A stretch of 63,770 bases of DNA, filler included, from Ministeria vibrans ATCC 50519 (GCA_943704425.1; 8 parts of 8 records of this genome joined end to end with filler, not necessarily neighbours in it), one strand, 5' to 3'. Shown: positions 20,787 to 36,546, numbered from the whole stretch's first letter. Notes: generated by a model from the sequence alone, not told the origin. Translations and numbers: made by a program.

Positions 20787-23158
20787 GTCGAGGGGAGCAG
20801 AGCCGTTTGATGCCGCAGAGGAGTACTGTGCGACAGAAAAAATGTCTTGAGTCAGCTATCGGACTACGTAAGGTATGTATGGACAGGGAGGGCGTGACAA
20901 TTACAGGCAATAGTGCCACAATGGGGATGCCTGTGGAGATTTCATTATTGTGATGACAAGTAAGGAGGGTGAGGGAGGGGAATGGGAAGCGAAACGAGTT
21001 TTTTTTTTTGTGTGTGTGTGGTGTGCGCTGGTGACGAAGGTGTGTTCTAGACGAAAAAATAATAAAAAAATTGTACACCCCGTATATGCAAGGTGGTGCT
21101 AAATTGGTCCTGATGGAGCTGGAACGCAGGTATACGCACGGAGAGTCTCATATGAGTGTTCAGAACACGTTACGAAGCACGAGGATTCGTTGCGCAGTCG
21201 TTCGGTGGATGCGAAGAGCGAGAAAAATGATGTACTCTCTCTTGTGGGAGTCTGATGGGCCATAGCTTGCAATAGCAATGGGGTCTATGAGCGATGGGAT
21301 CGTGTAGGGAATGAATGATGGGAGGTGGTTCTGTCACTGGAACAGTAATTGGGACGTGAAGCGCACGACTGAAGGTAGGGAAGGCCGAGGAAGCTCAAAA
21401 AAACGGATTTTATGTACCTCTTGAGGTAGTACGCCTCGTAAGACGTCGCGCGGGTTTCCAGTGGGCTTGGGAGTATCCCGCGAGTCACAAGGGGCGCCAT
21501 CGGAGCTATGTAGCCCCATTTGGGGCGGAGGACCTTGAAAAGTCATCCGGGAAAGGTCTGTGCGACGAATGACGCGCGTTTACAGGGTCGCTACGAATAT
21601 GTAGCAATGGGGAGTCCCTCAAGGAGGGTGGCCAAGATCGACTATTCACTTTCTCTCGAGCGCAAATAAAAAAGTGTAGATTCACTAGCTAGATGGTTTT
21701 TTGAATATGGCTGTGACTTTATCGTGACACTGGTAGTGTGGTTCAAGCGAGGGACGAATACCAGCATGAATGGGAACGTACCATTGGACGGTTTTAAGGT
21801 AAAATAAGACGCATTTTCCTGACGAACATGCGAGACGCGTCTCGCCCAAAGAGACGCACAACACACACTATTAGTATTAGCCGACCCCACCACAAATTGA
21901 AGTTGGTTGATCANNNNNNNNNNNNNNNNNNNNNNNNNNNNNNNNNNNNNNNNNNNNNNNTAATGGGAACGGTGTAGATGTAGAGTGTGTGCGTTTCCAC
22001 GTCGGGGGTGGTGACTCAAAATGAACCCGAAATCGACGATTGCCTTTCGAGGAAACGCCGGTAGTCCAGTTATATATGATATACACACTCGTACATGCAC
22101 ACATACATGCACATATACATACATACACTCGTGCACACTCTTAAAAACACGCACGTGCAAACATAGATTGTCAACAATCTGTGACGGAAAAAACCTTTGA
22201 AAGCATTGCAGTATTACTGAAAGCAACGAGCAAACGTGTCCCGATTGCGTGAAAAGTTGCTGACTTAGTAGAGTGTGTGACTGTCCCACCTTCGCCGGCA
22301 CACATTAATCACTATCGCGAGTGGTGCGAAAGTTGGTGGCACAACTTAACTAATCTCTTGTCCTGTGCCCTGGTAACGCCACACGTACAGTCCGCCGAGT
22401 CTCGTGCGCGATTCAATTATGTAAGAAGAAGGTAAAAGACCCATTTTGAATGACTGTCCAGCGCAACGCAACAGCGAGTCCCGTTGGGGCATGCGCACAA
22501 AATTTTCCTCTCTCAACCCCCTTTTTTTTTGTGTTTTGGTTTTGGTTTTTTTTGTTTTTTAATGTCCATATCAACCACACTAAGGGTCGCCTCGTACGCG
22601 ATGTTTAATTGTTTACTCTAGCAAGTATATACTACGTGTGATCTCAAGCTGGTACCTTCGAAGTTTCTCAATTGCGAAAAAGGCAGGATTTTTTAAGAAA
22701 AACAGTTATATACTAAATTGGACAGTGGTTTTTATTTTTCGAATAGATCCGGAATAAAAATCACCTATAAATTGCACTCGAGCTCACTTTTTAATTTTAT
22801 ACAGTAATAGCCGTATACTTTTGTTTTAAGATGCTAGCGCAGCGACGATAAAACAAAAACAAAATTGAGACGTGAGCGGGAGAGAGTAAAAGTAAATCTA
22901 CTCAATGCCAAGGGGACAGGATATACGAGGAATGTACGACCCGCTCAAGGCGTCCAAGTACCTCAACAAGGTGCTGAAGAGGATATAAAGTCCGGGCAAG
23001 TGCTGCGGCGCGTCTGCTGTGCTGCAACGCACTCGTCACACCAGCAGACATGTGCCCCGGGGCACAATATTGTGCTCCTGATCCCACCCCCCCCTTGGTT
23101 CGATTCTGCTTTCTCGACGATGCGACGGCTGACACGCGAGCGCAACCGTCTTGCAATC

Positions 23159-23195
<37 letters not shown>

Positions 23196-23723
23196 TAACA
23201 GCCGCCGCACATTGACGGCAACATGAACTCCACATACAATGATTGCAACAAACAACCACCGCTGGAGTGCCCAGGAAACAAACACTGCCTGCTCCACTGT
23301 GTGCTCACCCAATGGTGTACGGACACCGGCCCGACTCATGACCACTGGTTGGCAAGAAAACACTACGTGCGACCAACGACACGCACTACGAGGCATTTTA
23401 TCCGCGATATACAGATGCTGTATAATATTTCCAGGGAATCCCCACTGTTTCTAAATTAGAGCCATTGAGACTTGGTGTTTGAACCCCCAAATCCCAATGA
23501 GGAGATAAAAATGATTAGGATAATAATTAGCACTAATAATTCATTTTGCTTTACTTCATTATTAATGAAAAAACAATCATAAGAAAGGAGATTCAGCTTG
23601 TTTACATGATGATTAGGATAATAATAAGAATAAGAATAATAATAATAATAGTATTAATAATTAATTTTGTTTTACTTCATTATTAATTAAAATAACAATC
23701 ATAAGAAAGGAGTTTCAGCTTGT

Positions 23724-26700
23724 TTACAGGAGAGTGCCATAGAGGGCACCGGAAAAGTCACGTGGAGAGGTGGAGGGAGAGTGTGAGGGGAGCGCACGGG
23801 CGAGTGAGGGAGAGGTGGAGGCAGCGATGGCCGGGGTCATCGGATCGTGCATAAGGTCGTGGTGGTGGTCTTCCTTGTCTGTCGTCGTGGTGGAGGGCGG
23901 GATGGCGCCTTGCAGGTGGACGATGGGAACGGAGAGGGAGGTTTTGCGTGAGACGGCACTGAAGCCACTGGCAGCGCCAAGAGATGCGCTAAGGAAGGTG
24001 TTTTGGCTCTCGGCAGAGGCGGCAAGGTTGTAGGGGGGCTGCATGGAGACGGAAGAGTATCGATGGTTGCTGTGGGCGGCAGGAAAAGCACCAGAGGAGC
24101 CAGCAGGAGAGGTAGTCTGTGACGAAGAGGAAACGTTATGCAATGTCGAGGCACACTCGGACAGGGAAGGGCGCAGGGTGGACGGGTTGCGGGATGGGGC
24201 TGATGAAGAAGCGCATTGGGCCGCACCACCATTGGAGCCCGCAACAGCACCACCACCAGAAGTTGTAGTGGCAACCGTCACAGATTTCGACGCGTTGGCC
24301 GTGTTTGCGGAGGCGGTTTTGATCGTCACTGAGGAGACATTGGCGAGACTGGTGCTGGCAGAGTGGCATGAGCGGGTCTTGTTGGGTGACGACTTATACG
24401 ATGCAATCTGGTACATGCTCTGTGTGGACTTGGGCGGACGGGGGGAGCTCGCGTCGGGTTTGCACAAGGCCTACAAAAATTAGAATAGATGATAATTTTT
24501 AATTATTATTCAGGGGTAGGTGAAGGAAGTGTATACTTTGTAGGTGTCCGTCTTCAGAAATCGAGCGTAAGAGTCCTTGTTGATGAGAAAGTAGATGAGA
24601 CGCGCCGCCTTAGAGAAGGCCCAGCGCACCTGAAAGCACAGAGAGATCGAGAGAGCAGTGAGACAAAGAAAACAGACAGAGAGGCAGAGAAAGAGATAGA
24701 AAGACACACACACATAGAAAGAGAGAGAGAGAGGAGGGAGGAAGAAACAAAGTCAGAAAGGAGGGAGAGAGAAACAAAGTGATAGAGAGAGAGAGGCAGA
24801 GGGATAGATGAGAGTGAGAGAACGTATGTGTGTCAGTACGCTTTCATTGCCCGTCTCAAGTACACTGCGAATGTCTGCAATCACTTCCGCTGAGAGATTA
24901 ATCTAATACAAAAAAGAGTCGAATAATAGTAAAATAAGAATATAAAAAAATTATTATTATTATTGTTATTTTTATGTTTTGCGATGTGTGGTTACCTCTT
25001 CGTCTGCACCGCTGACAACAAAGCGGTTAAAAAGAGTCTTTGCGGCGTCATTGAGAGCGGATGTCTCAAGTTTCTGAAACTTGATGTGTTCAAGGTAGAA
25101 CGATAGGGACTCGGCACTGTACTCGGCGGTGACAAACTCGCGCAGGAGAGCCACGCCAAGCGGGTCTGCCAGCAAATCGTCAAGACTGAGTGACCAGCTC
25201 AGTGCACGTGCAGACGTTACAGTCTGAAGTCTTTTGCCGTGCTTCTCCCACATTGGACGACGGTCAGCGCCTCCTTTAAGCAGCAAGATTAAACAGGTGG
25301 TAAGAGTACAGATCAGGTCGGATAGAGAGAGAGAGGAGGGAGGGAGAAAAAACAAAGTGATAGAGAGAGAGGAGAAAGAAACAAAGTAATAGAGTGAGAG
25401 AGGGAAACAATAAAAAATTTTGTAGAGACGACTTGAGAAACAGAGAGACCATTGTGTCCATAGTGTCTTTGTGGTATGCGTGGTGTCTGTGTGGTATGTG
25501 TATTGTGTACCTGTCAACCACGGGCTTGAGCCGGTGTGAGAGCGCATGAGACCATCGAGAGACGTTAGACGGTCACAGCGATTGGCCATCTTGGCGGCCA
25601 CAATGGACGCCTTGATGCGCGCAGTGATGAGACTAGCCTTCATCTGTTGGAGTTTGATTGTCATCTTCTCGACTTCTGTGGACTCGCGTGTCATTCGTGT
25701 CACGTCATCTTCAATTCCCGCAATGGGTGTTCGGAATGTCTTCATTGGATCTCCGGCGCCAAAAGCATTCTTCTCGCCCTACGAGAATACAAAATCAGAG
25801 ACAATACATAGCGATACTGTCTAACACTCGGCTCTCCTCCCAGAAATCTCAACTCACTTTCCTCTCTCTTCCCCACTCTTACTCCAACTCCCCTCTTCCC
25901 ACTCACACTCTCCTCTCTCACTCTCCTCTCTCACTCTCCACTCTCCTCTCTCACTCTCCTCTCTCACTCTCCTCTCTCACTATTCTCTCTCTCACTCTCC
26001 TCAACTCGCCTTCTCTCTGTACCTTGGGACGGGCGCGCTGCCAAAAGGCGCGTTCACACTCATCTGCCAGCACACGCTCCTTCTTGTTCATACTGCGCGC
26101 TGCCTTGAGCTGCTCGTGCGCTTGAATCACCACATAGGGCCATTGCGACGCCAGACGATTCCGCAATCGGTTCACCGCACACTGTTCCATTTCGGTCAGT
26201 GCATACGACTTGTTCTTGCGCATTGTTCGCTTCAAAAGGTACACAGCATAATCAAAGTCGGTCGATAGGTCCTTGTGAATAGATGGCCAAAACTTTTCGC
26301 TCTACAAATCATTATAACATAGTTAGTTGTATATACACTACGAGGCTCGTGAGCAATAAATAATACCTGGAGTCGCCAGAGTGTCGAGTCATAGCGAAGT
26401 ACAGCGCTTGGTTCCGTCGAGAAGATGTATCCTTCCTTGACAAACATTTGGGCAAACATCACGACTTCGTTACGCTCCAGAAAGTTGATGCCGCTGTTTT
26501 CTTGAAGCCAGTCAATCAGTTCAGACGCTAAGAAAGAAGAAGACATCAGCTTCCGCGTCAGGTGATGTGCCTTCCCTGCTTCACCTGTAAACACAGCTGG
26601 CGTGGTGGTTGACCACCAAAGAGTGCCGCTGACAATGTCGCGGATGTTAAGCACCTGTTGAGACTGGGGTGTTGCAGGATTCATCTTCTTAAGCAACTTT

Positions 26701-27070
26701 TCAATCTGAAGTGGGGAGTAAAAAAAAAAAAAAAAAACGAAAAATTCAGTCGGTCAGTTCGCAAAAACGTTTTGATTCCTACCAGTTGATAGCGCCTTCT
26801 CTGAGCCATCACGATGGGTGACTCAATGTTGCTTGGTAGGTCCAAGCCAAGACGACTCTTTTGCTGTGGACGAGAGGGCGCCAGACGAGAGAGCAAGAGA
26901 GTGTGTCAAATGGAGTTTTCGTGAGAGTGACGCAAACACAAAAAAAGTATGACGGAATGTTTCTTGTGGTCCGACAGACAATGCACACGCGCCTTGCGCA
27001 CTATATACACTACGGGCGTATGCTGGGCGACGCGGTTGAAGTTGGCATGGGCGCAAAAACGAAGAAAATT

Positions 27071-27108
<38 letters not shown>

Positions 27109-27366
27109 GATGACGTAGACAAGAGGAAATGGGGAAAGCGCTCGATGGAACCGAATGGGCCACACCGTCGACGTCGGAGGCATGGCGGCCGGTAGGACGT
27201 GGCCGTACAGTGGCCAGAGGGCTGCCATTGGCCTGCGGGTGAGGGCAGAAGCACACAATAGCAAAATCACCTCTTTGTCTCTCATCAACGCCGCCAGACC
27301 CAACTCGCGCACATCCACAATTGTCGAATCTGTTTCTGCCGGGCTTTCCATCGCTTCGGCAGACAT
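23724..27366 (-). CDS. R7-family regulator of G-protein signalling (DEP-DHEX-GGL-RGS; RGS6/7/9/11-like) with long Ser-rich tail
   Basis: DEP: PAVFT.SELIDWL...FAQMFVKEGYIF; DHEX: FWPS...DYAVYLLKRTM...ERAFW; GGL: ARIKASIVAAKM...SSPWLTG; RGS: WSLSLDDLLADPLG...EYSAESLSFY...INKDSYARFLKT. Confidence 0.9.
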
Positions 27367-27646
27367 GTACTATCAAAATTGTATCGAACTCATTTTGATC
27401 AATAACACAGATGGATCAGTCAGCCCAAAAAAAAAGCAACTTCTCACACAGCCCAGAGCCAACGCCTCGGCTACACGAGCGCCGTTATGAGTAGTATTGG
27501 TAAATAATTGGCTGAAGAAGAAGCAAGAACACGTTTCCATTTTGTGATGAGACACAACAAACGTAATCACTAAGGTACTTCGAGCCAGCGAGAGAACGTG
27601 CAGAGGCCAGACAGGCTGGTCAACGGCCAGACAAGAAGAAGAAGAA

Positions 27647-27746
27647 NNNNNNNNNNNNNNNNNNNNNNNNNNNNNNNNNNNNNNNNNNNNTTAATTAATT
27701 AANNNNNNNNNNNNNNNNNNNNNNNNNNNNNNNNNNNNNNNNNNNN
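27647..27746. other. Artificial contig spacer N44-TTAATTAATTAA-N44; the 12-mer also occurs at 34984, 47018, 52866, 58726, 60311 and 62142
   Basis: Identical 12-mer with stops in all six frames, flanked by N runs; genes are truncated at the joins. Confidence 0.97.
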
Positions 27747-27825
27747 AAAAAAAAACACACACACACACACACACACACACAACCGTGTCAGAGATTTTTT
27801 GTGCAAAGTGACAAACGATTTTTAC

Positions 27826-30107
<2,282 letters not shown>

Positions 30108-30676
30108 GATGGTAGTGTATACTTCAGACGAAAAGTAGAAAAAAGAGTGAAGATTGTTTGATCGGACGAATCAATGTCATTTTTCAGTCGTGTTCGCGAC
30201 TCTTCCATACACAAACACGCCGAAAGATCAACTACGCTCTTATCAATCATCTGCCGTGTGCTTGAGAGATGGTCATTTTGACGCGCGTCTATTCGACATT
30301 CGTCTAATGGTCTTGTATCCGACTCAACTCCTCAGGAGGCTCAGATCAGGCTCTTCTTTGCGCGCTGGTCGATGTCGTAAAAAATTTCACCCTCAAAAAC
30401 CCATCGGGTCCCTTGCTAGACGATCAGCAGCAGCGTCCAATGACTCACACTCCCCAATCACCACTGGAAGACTGACTGACTCTGTCTGACTGTTGGACAT
30501 GATCTCTCATCATGAGGGGATCACTTTTGTCGAAATCAGTTCCTACGATAATGATTTTTTTCATTAAACACAAATCCAAATCGAAGAAGAAAAAGAAAAA
30601 GAAACAAAAAAAACAAACTCATTCATCACCCCCACACTCATACATGTGCTCACAGTCTCCGATTCCAACGCTTGTC

Positions 30677-31879
30677 ATGTCCCACGAACGCTCGATTTCC
30701 CTTGCTGACGCCGTCGCGACGGTTGCGCAAGACACCCAGGAAAGCACGGATCCTCCAGACACCGTGGGTGGCCTCAGCGACACTCCCAGTGGGGAGGAAC
30801 AGCAGCAGCAGCAGCAACTGGCAGAGATGAAGGCCGCTGCCGAGGCTGTGGTCCTGCTGGGCTCAGATCTTCGCGGCGCAAGTTCGACCGACCAGCCAAA
30901 TTTTCCAGTGCACCATCGCAATCGTCGCAGCGTCCACACACCCTTTCGTAGCCCTCCTTCGCACACTACGGGTGCCCCCGGAGTCTACTTTCGCTTTCCC
31001 GCACCTCCTTTTTCCCCAGCTAAAAATGACGATGAACTTCCCGCAAAACTCGCGCCCAAAACGACCCCAGACGACCCTGAATACACGCCACAGTCCACCG
31101 TTGCATCCTCGCCCGTACCCTTCTACATGTGCGCCGGCGCAGACCCCGCCGACGGCGACCCCATGTCTCGCAACTGCGACAACGACTGGTCCAACGAATC
31201 CAGCGCCGCCCAAATCAGACCGCTCCCCGCCCCATTCATGTCGTGGGTGAGGCGTCAATACGCAACAACACTGCCTACACGCGCCGAACTCGACCGCAAA
31301 CAGCAGCAAACCATCCAATCGGCGCTTTCGGCGGTCGCCTCCTCATCATCGTCAACGACAAAAACCAAGAAAAAACGCTACCGTTCTCTCTTCTCCCGCC
31401 CCGTCACCGACACCCGCAAGTCCTCGGGCGCACACACTTCCCGCTCCACAACCGACTCTCATGGCGGCGACACCTCAACCACACGCAGTCGCCGTTGTGC
31501 AAGTTGCCAAACATCAAAAACTCCCGTCTGGCGCGTAAGTTGCGACACACACACGCACACCAAAATAATAATAATTATTATTATTCTTATTGTAATTGTT
31601 ATCATGCTCATTTTGTATTGTACTTCGTAGGACCACCCCAATGGGACACCATTGTGCAATGCATGTGGGATTCGATTCCGCAAGTTTCTCCTGCTCTGCT
31701 CGTCGTGCTTCTACGTGCCGCGCGGCATTGAACTGCAGGCGAGCAACGAGTGCACTCGTTGCCACAGCCAACTGCCCGAACCCGAGAACACCGATCAACC
31801 CGCTACGTACGCTCGTCCCGCCATTGCAACAACAACCAACAGTGCCCCTGTGGCGGGAACCGCCTCAACAACAGAGTGA
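30677..31879 (+). CDS. GATA-type zinc finger protein, ZGLP1/Ash1-like (GATA finger plus second C4 finger); start uncertain
   Basis: Spliced (31534|31631): [59 protein letters not shown]; CX2C-X17-CX2C followed by CX2C-X14-CX2C. Confidence 0.85.
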
Positions 31880-32274
31880 TTTTTTTTTGTTCGTTTTGTG
31901 ATTATTATTATTATTTTGCTTCTAACTGTTTGTGCGTAACCGTCTCTGTTCTCTCGCGTGCCCCGTGTGTATTTTCACTATTATTATTTCAGTATCACTA
32001 TCGCCCACATTACAGAACCATTTATAAATTGATCAAAAAGTCAGTGGACTTTGCTCAAGAGTCGAGTGTCTTCCTGTTCACTCACTAATTTCCGATCACT
32101 GATCAGGGAGGAGTGTGAGCCGGAGGAGTCAGGAGTGAGTGGGAGGACATTCATTTCCCCGTCTGTTCACGTTCTTTCCTGATTTTATTCGAGAAGCAAG
32201 CACGAAACATTTAACTTTCTTCTTAGTGTAGTCAAGTTTGTAACTACTAACTAAACATATATATTTTTTTGATC

Positions 32275-34005
32275 ATGTATTATCTGCTCCTTGCCCTCCT
32301 GGTGGTGGGAGGCAGTGCGCTGCGCTTTGATGAATGGGCTGTGCGTCACGGAAAGGAATACGCAACGGAGGAAGCACGCCAGAAAGCGCGCGACACCTTC
32401 CAGCGCAATGTGGATTTCGTTGCGGTGAAAAACGCTGAAGGACACGCTTCCTCGTTTAGTGTCGACGGTCCCTTCGCCGACATGACCCCGTCAGAGTTTT
32501 CTAGCACCGTCTTGATGTCGCCGCGAGAGCATCCGTCCATGCTGGAGGTCCAACCAGAGAAAGTTTTGCGTGACCTTTCGCTCAACGACATTCCCTCCGA
32601 AGTCGACTGGCGCACTCACCAGCCACCAATCATCACGCCCATCCTCGACCAGGGCTCCGCAGGCACCTGTTGGGCCTTTTCCACAGCAAGCGCTATCGAG
32701 TCACAGGTGACGCAGTCGATTGAGTTGGTGGCGAATTAATCTCTCTCCTCTATATCACTTTGTTTCTTTCTCCTCTCTCTCTGTCACTTTGTTTCTTTCT
32801 CCTCTCTCTGTCACTTTGTTTCTTTCTCCTCTCTCTGTCACTTTGTTTCTTTCTCCTCTCTCTGTCACTTTGTTTCTTTCTCCTCTCTCTGTCACTTTGT
32901 TTCTTTCTCCTCTCTCTGTCACTTTGTTTCTTTCTCCTCTCTCTGTCACTTTGTTTCTCTCTCCNNNNNNNNNNNNNNNNNNNNNNNNNNNNNNNNNNNN
33001 NNNNNNNNNNNNNNNNNNNNNNNNNNNNNNNNNNNNNNNNNNNNNNNNNNNNNNNNNNNNNNNNNNNNNNNNNNNNNNNNNNNNNNNNNNNNNNNNNNNN
33101 NTCTTGCTCTCTCTCTCTCTCTCTCTCTCTTGATCTCTCTCTCTCTTGATCTCTCTCTCTCTTGATCTCTCTCTCTCTGATCTCTCTCTCTCTTGTCTCT
33201 CTCTCTCTTGATCTCTCGATAGGTCGCTCTTGCGAAAAATACCACCGCCGTGCAGCTGTCTGTTGAGCAAATTGTTGACTGTGATGGAACGGAAAACATT
33301 CCATCGGGCGACGCTGACTGCGGTGTCTTTGGGGGTTGGTACAATCGAAAAGCTCCCGTTCGTTCGAATGCGCCGCTGACTTCATCCTCGTATAGGCCCT
33401 ACCTTGCGTATCAGTACGTGATGCGCGCCGGCGGTCTCATGTCGTACGCTGAGTATCCGTACTGTGTGGGTTCCCTGAAGGGAGTTCCTGCATGCTACCC
33501 GTGCCCCGCCCCAGGCTACAACAAGACACTCTGCGTACGCAAAACCGACAGCGCTGCGTTTATATATTGACTTCTCCCATTTCCCATATACCCCTCCACC
33601 CTTCTCAGGGCCCTCCCACGCCCTACTGCAATGCCACAGAATGGCCATGCCGCCAAGACCGCTCCAAGATGATTGCATCCATCAGCGATTGGCGCGCCAT
33701 CGTGGGCGACGAGACTGTCCTTGCCGCCGCAGTCGCCACGCACGGTCCCCTCTCCGTTCTCATCAATGCCTCAGAGCTGCAGTTTCACCATAAGGTATGT
33801 ATATATGTAGTACTCTATTATTACCATGTTTTACAAATATTTCACTTGTAGGGCATTTGGGATCCCAAATGGTGTTCCAATGCAACCGACCATGCCATTG
33901 TGCTTGTGGGCTACGGCGTTGATGACTCGACGCCGTATTGGCTGCTGCGTAACTCGTGGGGCGAGAAGTGGGGTGTACGTTGATTTGTCTTGTGTATTAT
34001 GTGTC

Positions 34006-34036
<31 letters not shown>

Positions 34037-34194
34037 TCTGTCGTGTGTGTACATAAATGTATGATGTATGTATGTGTGTGTGCATGCGCTGATTGGGTGG
34101 GGCTCTCTCTTAGGACATGGGCGGCTATTTCAAGATGATTCGTGGCGCTGGAAAGTGCGGCATTACAACTGGAGTGACATACCCTATTCCGTGA
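32275..34194 (+). CDS. Papain-family (C1A) cysteine protease, prepro form
   Basis: Signal peptide, I29-like prodomain ([11 protein letters not shown]), [46 protein letters not shown]. Confidence 0.93.
32752..32963. repeat. Intronic minisatellite, about 23-bp unit (CT)n-gtcactttgtttctttctc; member of the dispersed TATCACTTTG family
   Basis: Eight or more tandem units; related arrays near 3624-3765, 12183-12226, 58968-59135 and 61995-62097. Confidence 0.9.
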
Positions 34195-34619
34195 TCAAAT
34201 GAAAAAGGTGATGCGCTTGGTTTTCCAGGGCTTTGCCTGAGTCATGGTCATTTAAACCATCTGTTTACTTCAATTTATGAAAGTGATCTACAATCCTACA
34301 TACTTCCACGAGGCCTGCAAAACAGGATTGAGGATAGAGGATTGCTCAGCTTTTCAAAACTGTGCGAAAGCAAAGTGTGTCAAGTGAGGGCAAAGATAAC
34401 GCAAATGACAAACCGCTTGTCAAACTTGAATCTTTCAACCTTACCATAGTTACCAATAACCGAAGTCCAAAGTCCAAACTAATTCGTTATTAGTAATAAC
34501 TACTCTCCCCATCCCCTCTTGCTGCTCTTTTTATCTGTGCCTGGTGCATAGCGTCATTCAACAGGCAGCAGGGAGTGAGAGTGAGGGAGAAAGCGCCGGT
34601 TTCTCGTTCGCCCTTTGCC

Positions 34620-34848
34620 ATGTCGAAACGATCGCTCTCAACCACCCGTGAGGAGTCGCCCTCGCGGGCCCCTGCCCCGCAGCCGTCCGCCTCGACTCCC
34701 GCCTCAAGCATGGAGGACCACACTAGTGCCATGTTGGAGCGACTGCGTCAGGCTGAGCGTCGTGCTCGCTCCATTCCCGAGCCGTCGCACTTTTTGCCCG
34801 CCTGTGCCTGGCCCACACTCCCAGACGCGTCCACACCTCGGCAGCACG
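34620..34848 (+). CDS. Hypothetical protein, first exon only (contig end)
   Basis: ATG 34620, coding-like GC-rich ORF MSKRSLSTTREESPSR..., followed by a GT donor and an AT-rich intron. Confidence 0.35.
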
Positions 34849-35220
34849 GTACAATCATGCCTACTCAGCCTCTCCACTTGCTCCTTATCCCTTTGATACT
34901 CATGTCAATTTTTAGCCGTTTCGTCCCCCTTTTTTTTTTNNNNNNNNNNNNNNNNNNNNNNNNNNNNNNNNNNNNNNNNNNNNTTAATTAATTAANNNNN
35001 NNNNNNNNNNNNNNNNNNNNNNNNNNNNNNNNNNNNNNNTGTGCCTACTGTGGACTCACTGCACGTTCCTCCATTCACACAAGGATTCGAAGCGCACTAG
35101 TGATGTAATACCATGTGAAGAACGTTAGTAAGAAGTTAGTAATTCAGTCTTTAATACATATATCTCTCTCTATCACTTTGTTTCTCTCTCTCTATCACTG
35201 TTTCTCTCTCTATCACTTTG

Positions 35221-35323
<103 letters not shown>

Positions 35324-35364
35324 GTATCACTTTGCCTCTTTCTTCTTTCTCCCTGCGTTTGCAG

Positions 35365-36454
35365 GTGCTGGCTCACGCGGGAAGGATCCCTCTCGTGGAC
35401 TCGTCATTCACTTTCATGGCGGTGGTTTTGTTGCTCAGTCGTCAAAGTCACACGAAATTTATCTTCGGTAACCGTTCTTGCGCTTCATAATTATTTTGGC
35501 GACCTCGGATAAAAAAAATTGTGTGTAGTGACTTTGCCAAGGGAGTGCGCTGTCCCATTCTGAGTGTGGACTACTCACTTGCACCAGACCACGTTTTCCC
35601 ACGTGCCGTTCAAGAGTGCTTCTATGTGTACTGTTGGGCGCTCGCGAATGCGTCGCACTTGGGCAGCACAGCAGAGCGTGTGGTGGTGACGGGGGACAGC
35701 GCGGGTGGGAACTTGTGTTTTGCTGTGTCGCTCATGGCTGCCCAGTACAACGTGCGTCGCCCCGATGCCATTCTGGCCAGCTACCCTGCGCTCTACGTGC
35801 GCTATGTCCCTGCTCCTTCACGTCTGCTCAGTGTCATGGACCCGCTCCTTAGCACAAGCATCCTCAAGAGCTGTCTGATTGCCTATTGCGGTGCAGGTAA
35901 AGAGACAGAGGGCAATACCGGCACTGAGAGTGACTCATACCTTTGTACTACAGATGGTGATGATACGGACCCCCTACTGTCTCCGGGTCTCGCCAGTGAC
36001 ACTGCTCTCAAAACCCTCCCTGAAACATATATTTTTGCCACTGCACTTGATCCTCTTCTCGACGACTCAATCGAGTTTGCCCGACGGTACTAGGAGAGAG
36101 AGAGGGAAAACAAATTAATGATAGAGATAGGAGGGGAAAGAGACAAAGTGATAGAGAGAGGGGGCGGGAAAAACAAAGTGATAGGAGAAGTTCAAGTCAC
36201 TTTTCCGCAAATACTTACACGAATGTAACTATTGTAGTCTGCAAAGATTGGACATGGACGTGCACTTGACCATTCTCAGCCAACTGCCGCACGGGTTCCT
36301 GTCGTTTGGCAAGCTCAGCGACCAATCAGACGCCATCAAGTCAATCCAGAACTGTCTCTGTCGTCTGCTCATTCCGCAGAGCACTGTGCCTCGCTCAGTC
36401 ATCAACACCAAACGCAGAGCCTCCGCTGCAGCTCCTGCATCTTCCTTCATCTAA
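35365..36454 (+). CDS. LIPE: Hormone-sensitive lipase, C-terminal part
   Basis: HFHGGGFVAQSSKSHEIYL, DYSLAPDHVFPRAVQECF, GDSAGGNL, PSRLLSVMDPLL, LDPLLDDS, LPHGFLSF. Confidence 0.92.
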
Positions 36455-36546
36455 GACGAACCTGTTTTTTTTTTGTTTTGTTTTTTTTTTTTGTATTCAT
36501 AGCCAGTAATTACAGTCATATTTCATTTTATTATCAATACAGTTTG

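Noticed and set aside
21385-21565. RNase P RNA-like words GAGGAAGCTCA and GGGAAAGGTCTG
   Set aside because: I found no complementary 3' P4/CR-V element downstream, and the spacing does not fit.
30108-30676. Heat-shock elements in the HSP90/GATA bidirectional promoter
   Set aside because: I could not identify a convincing array of three alternating nGAAn units.
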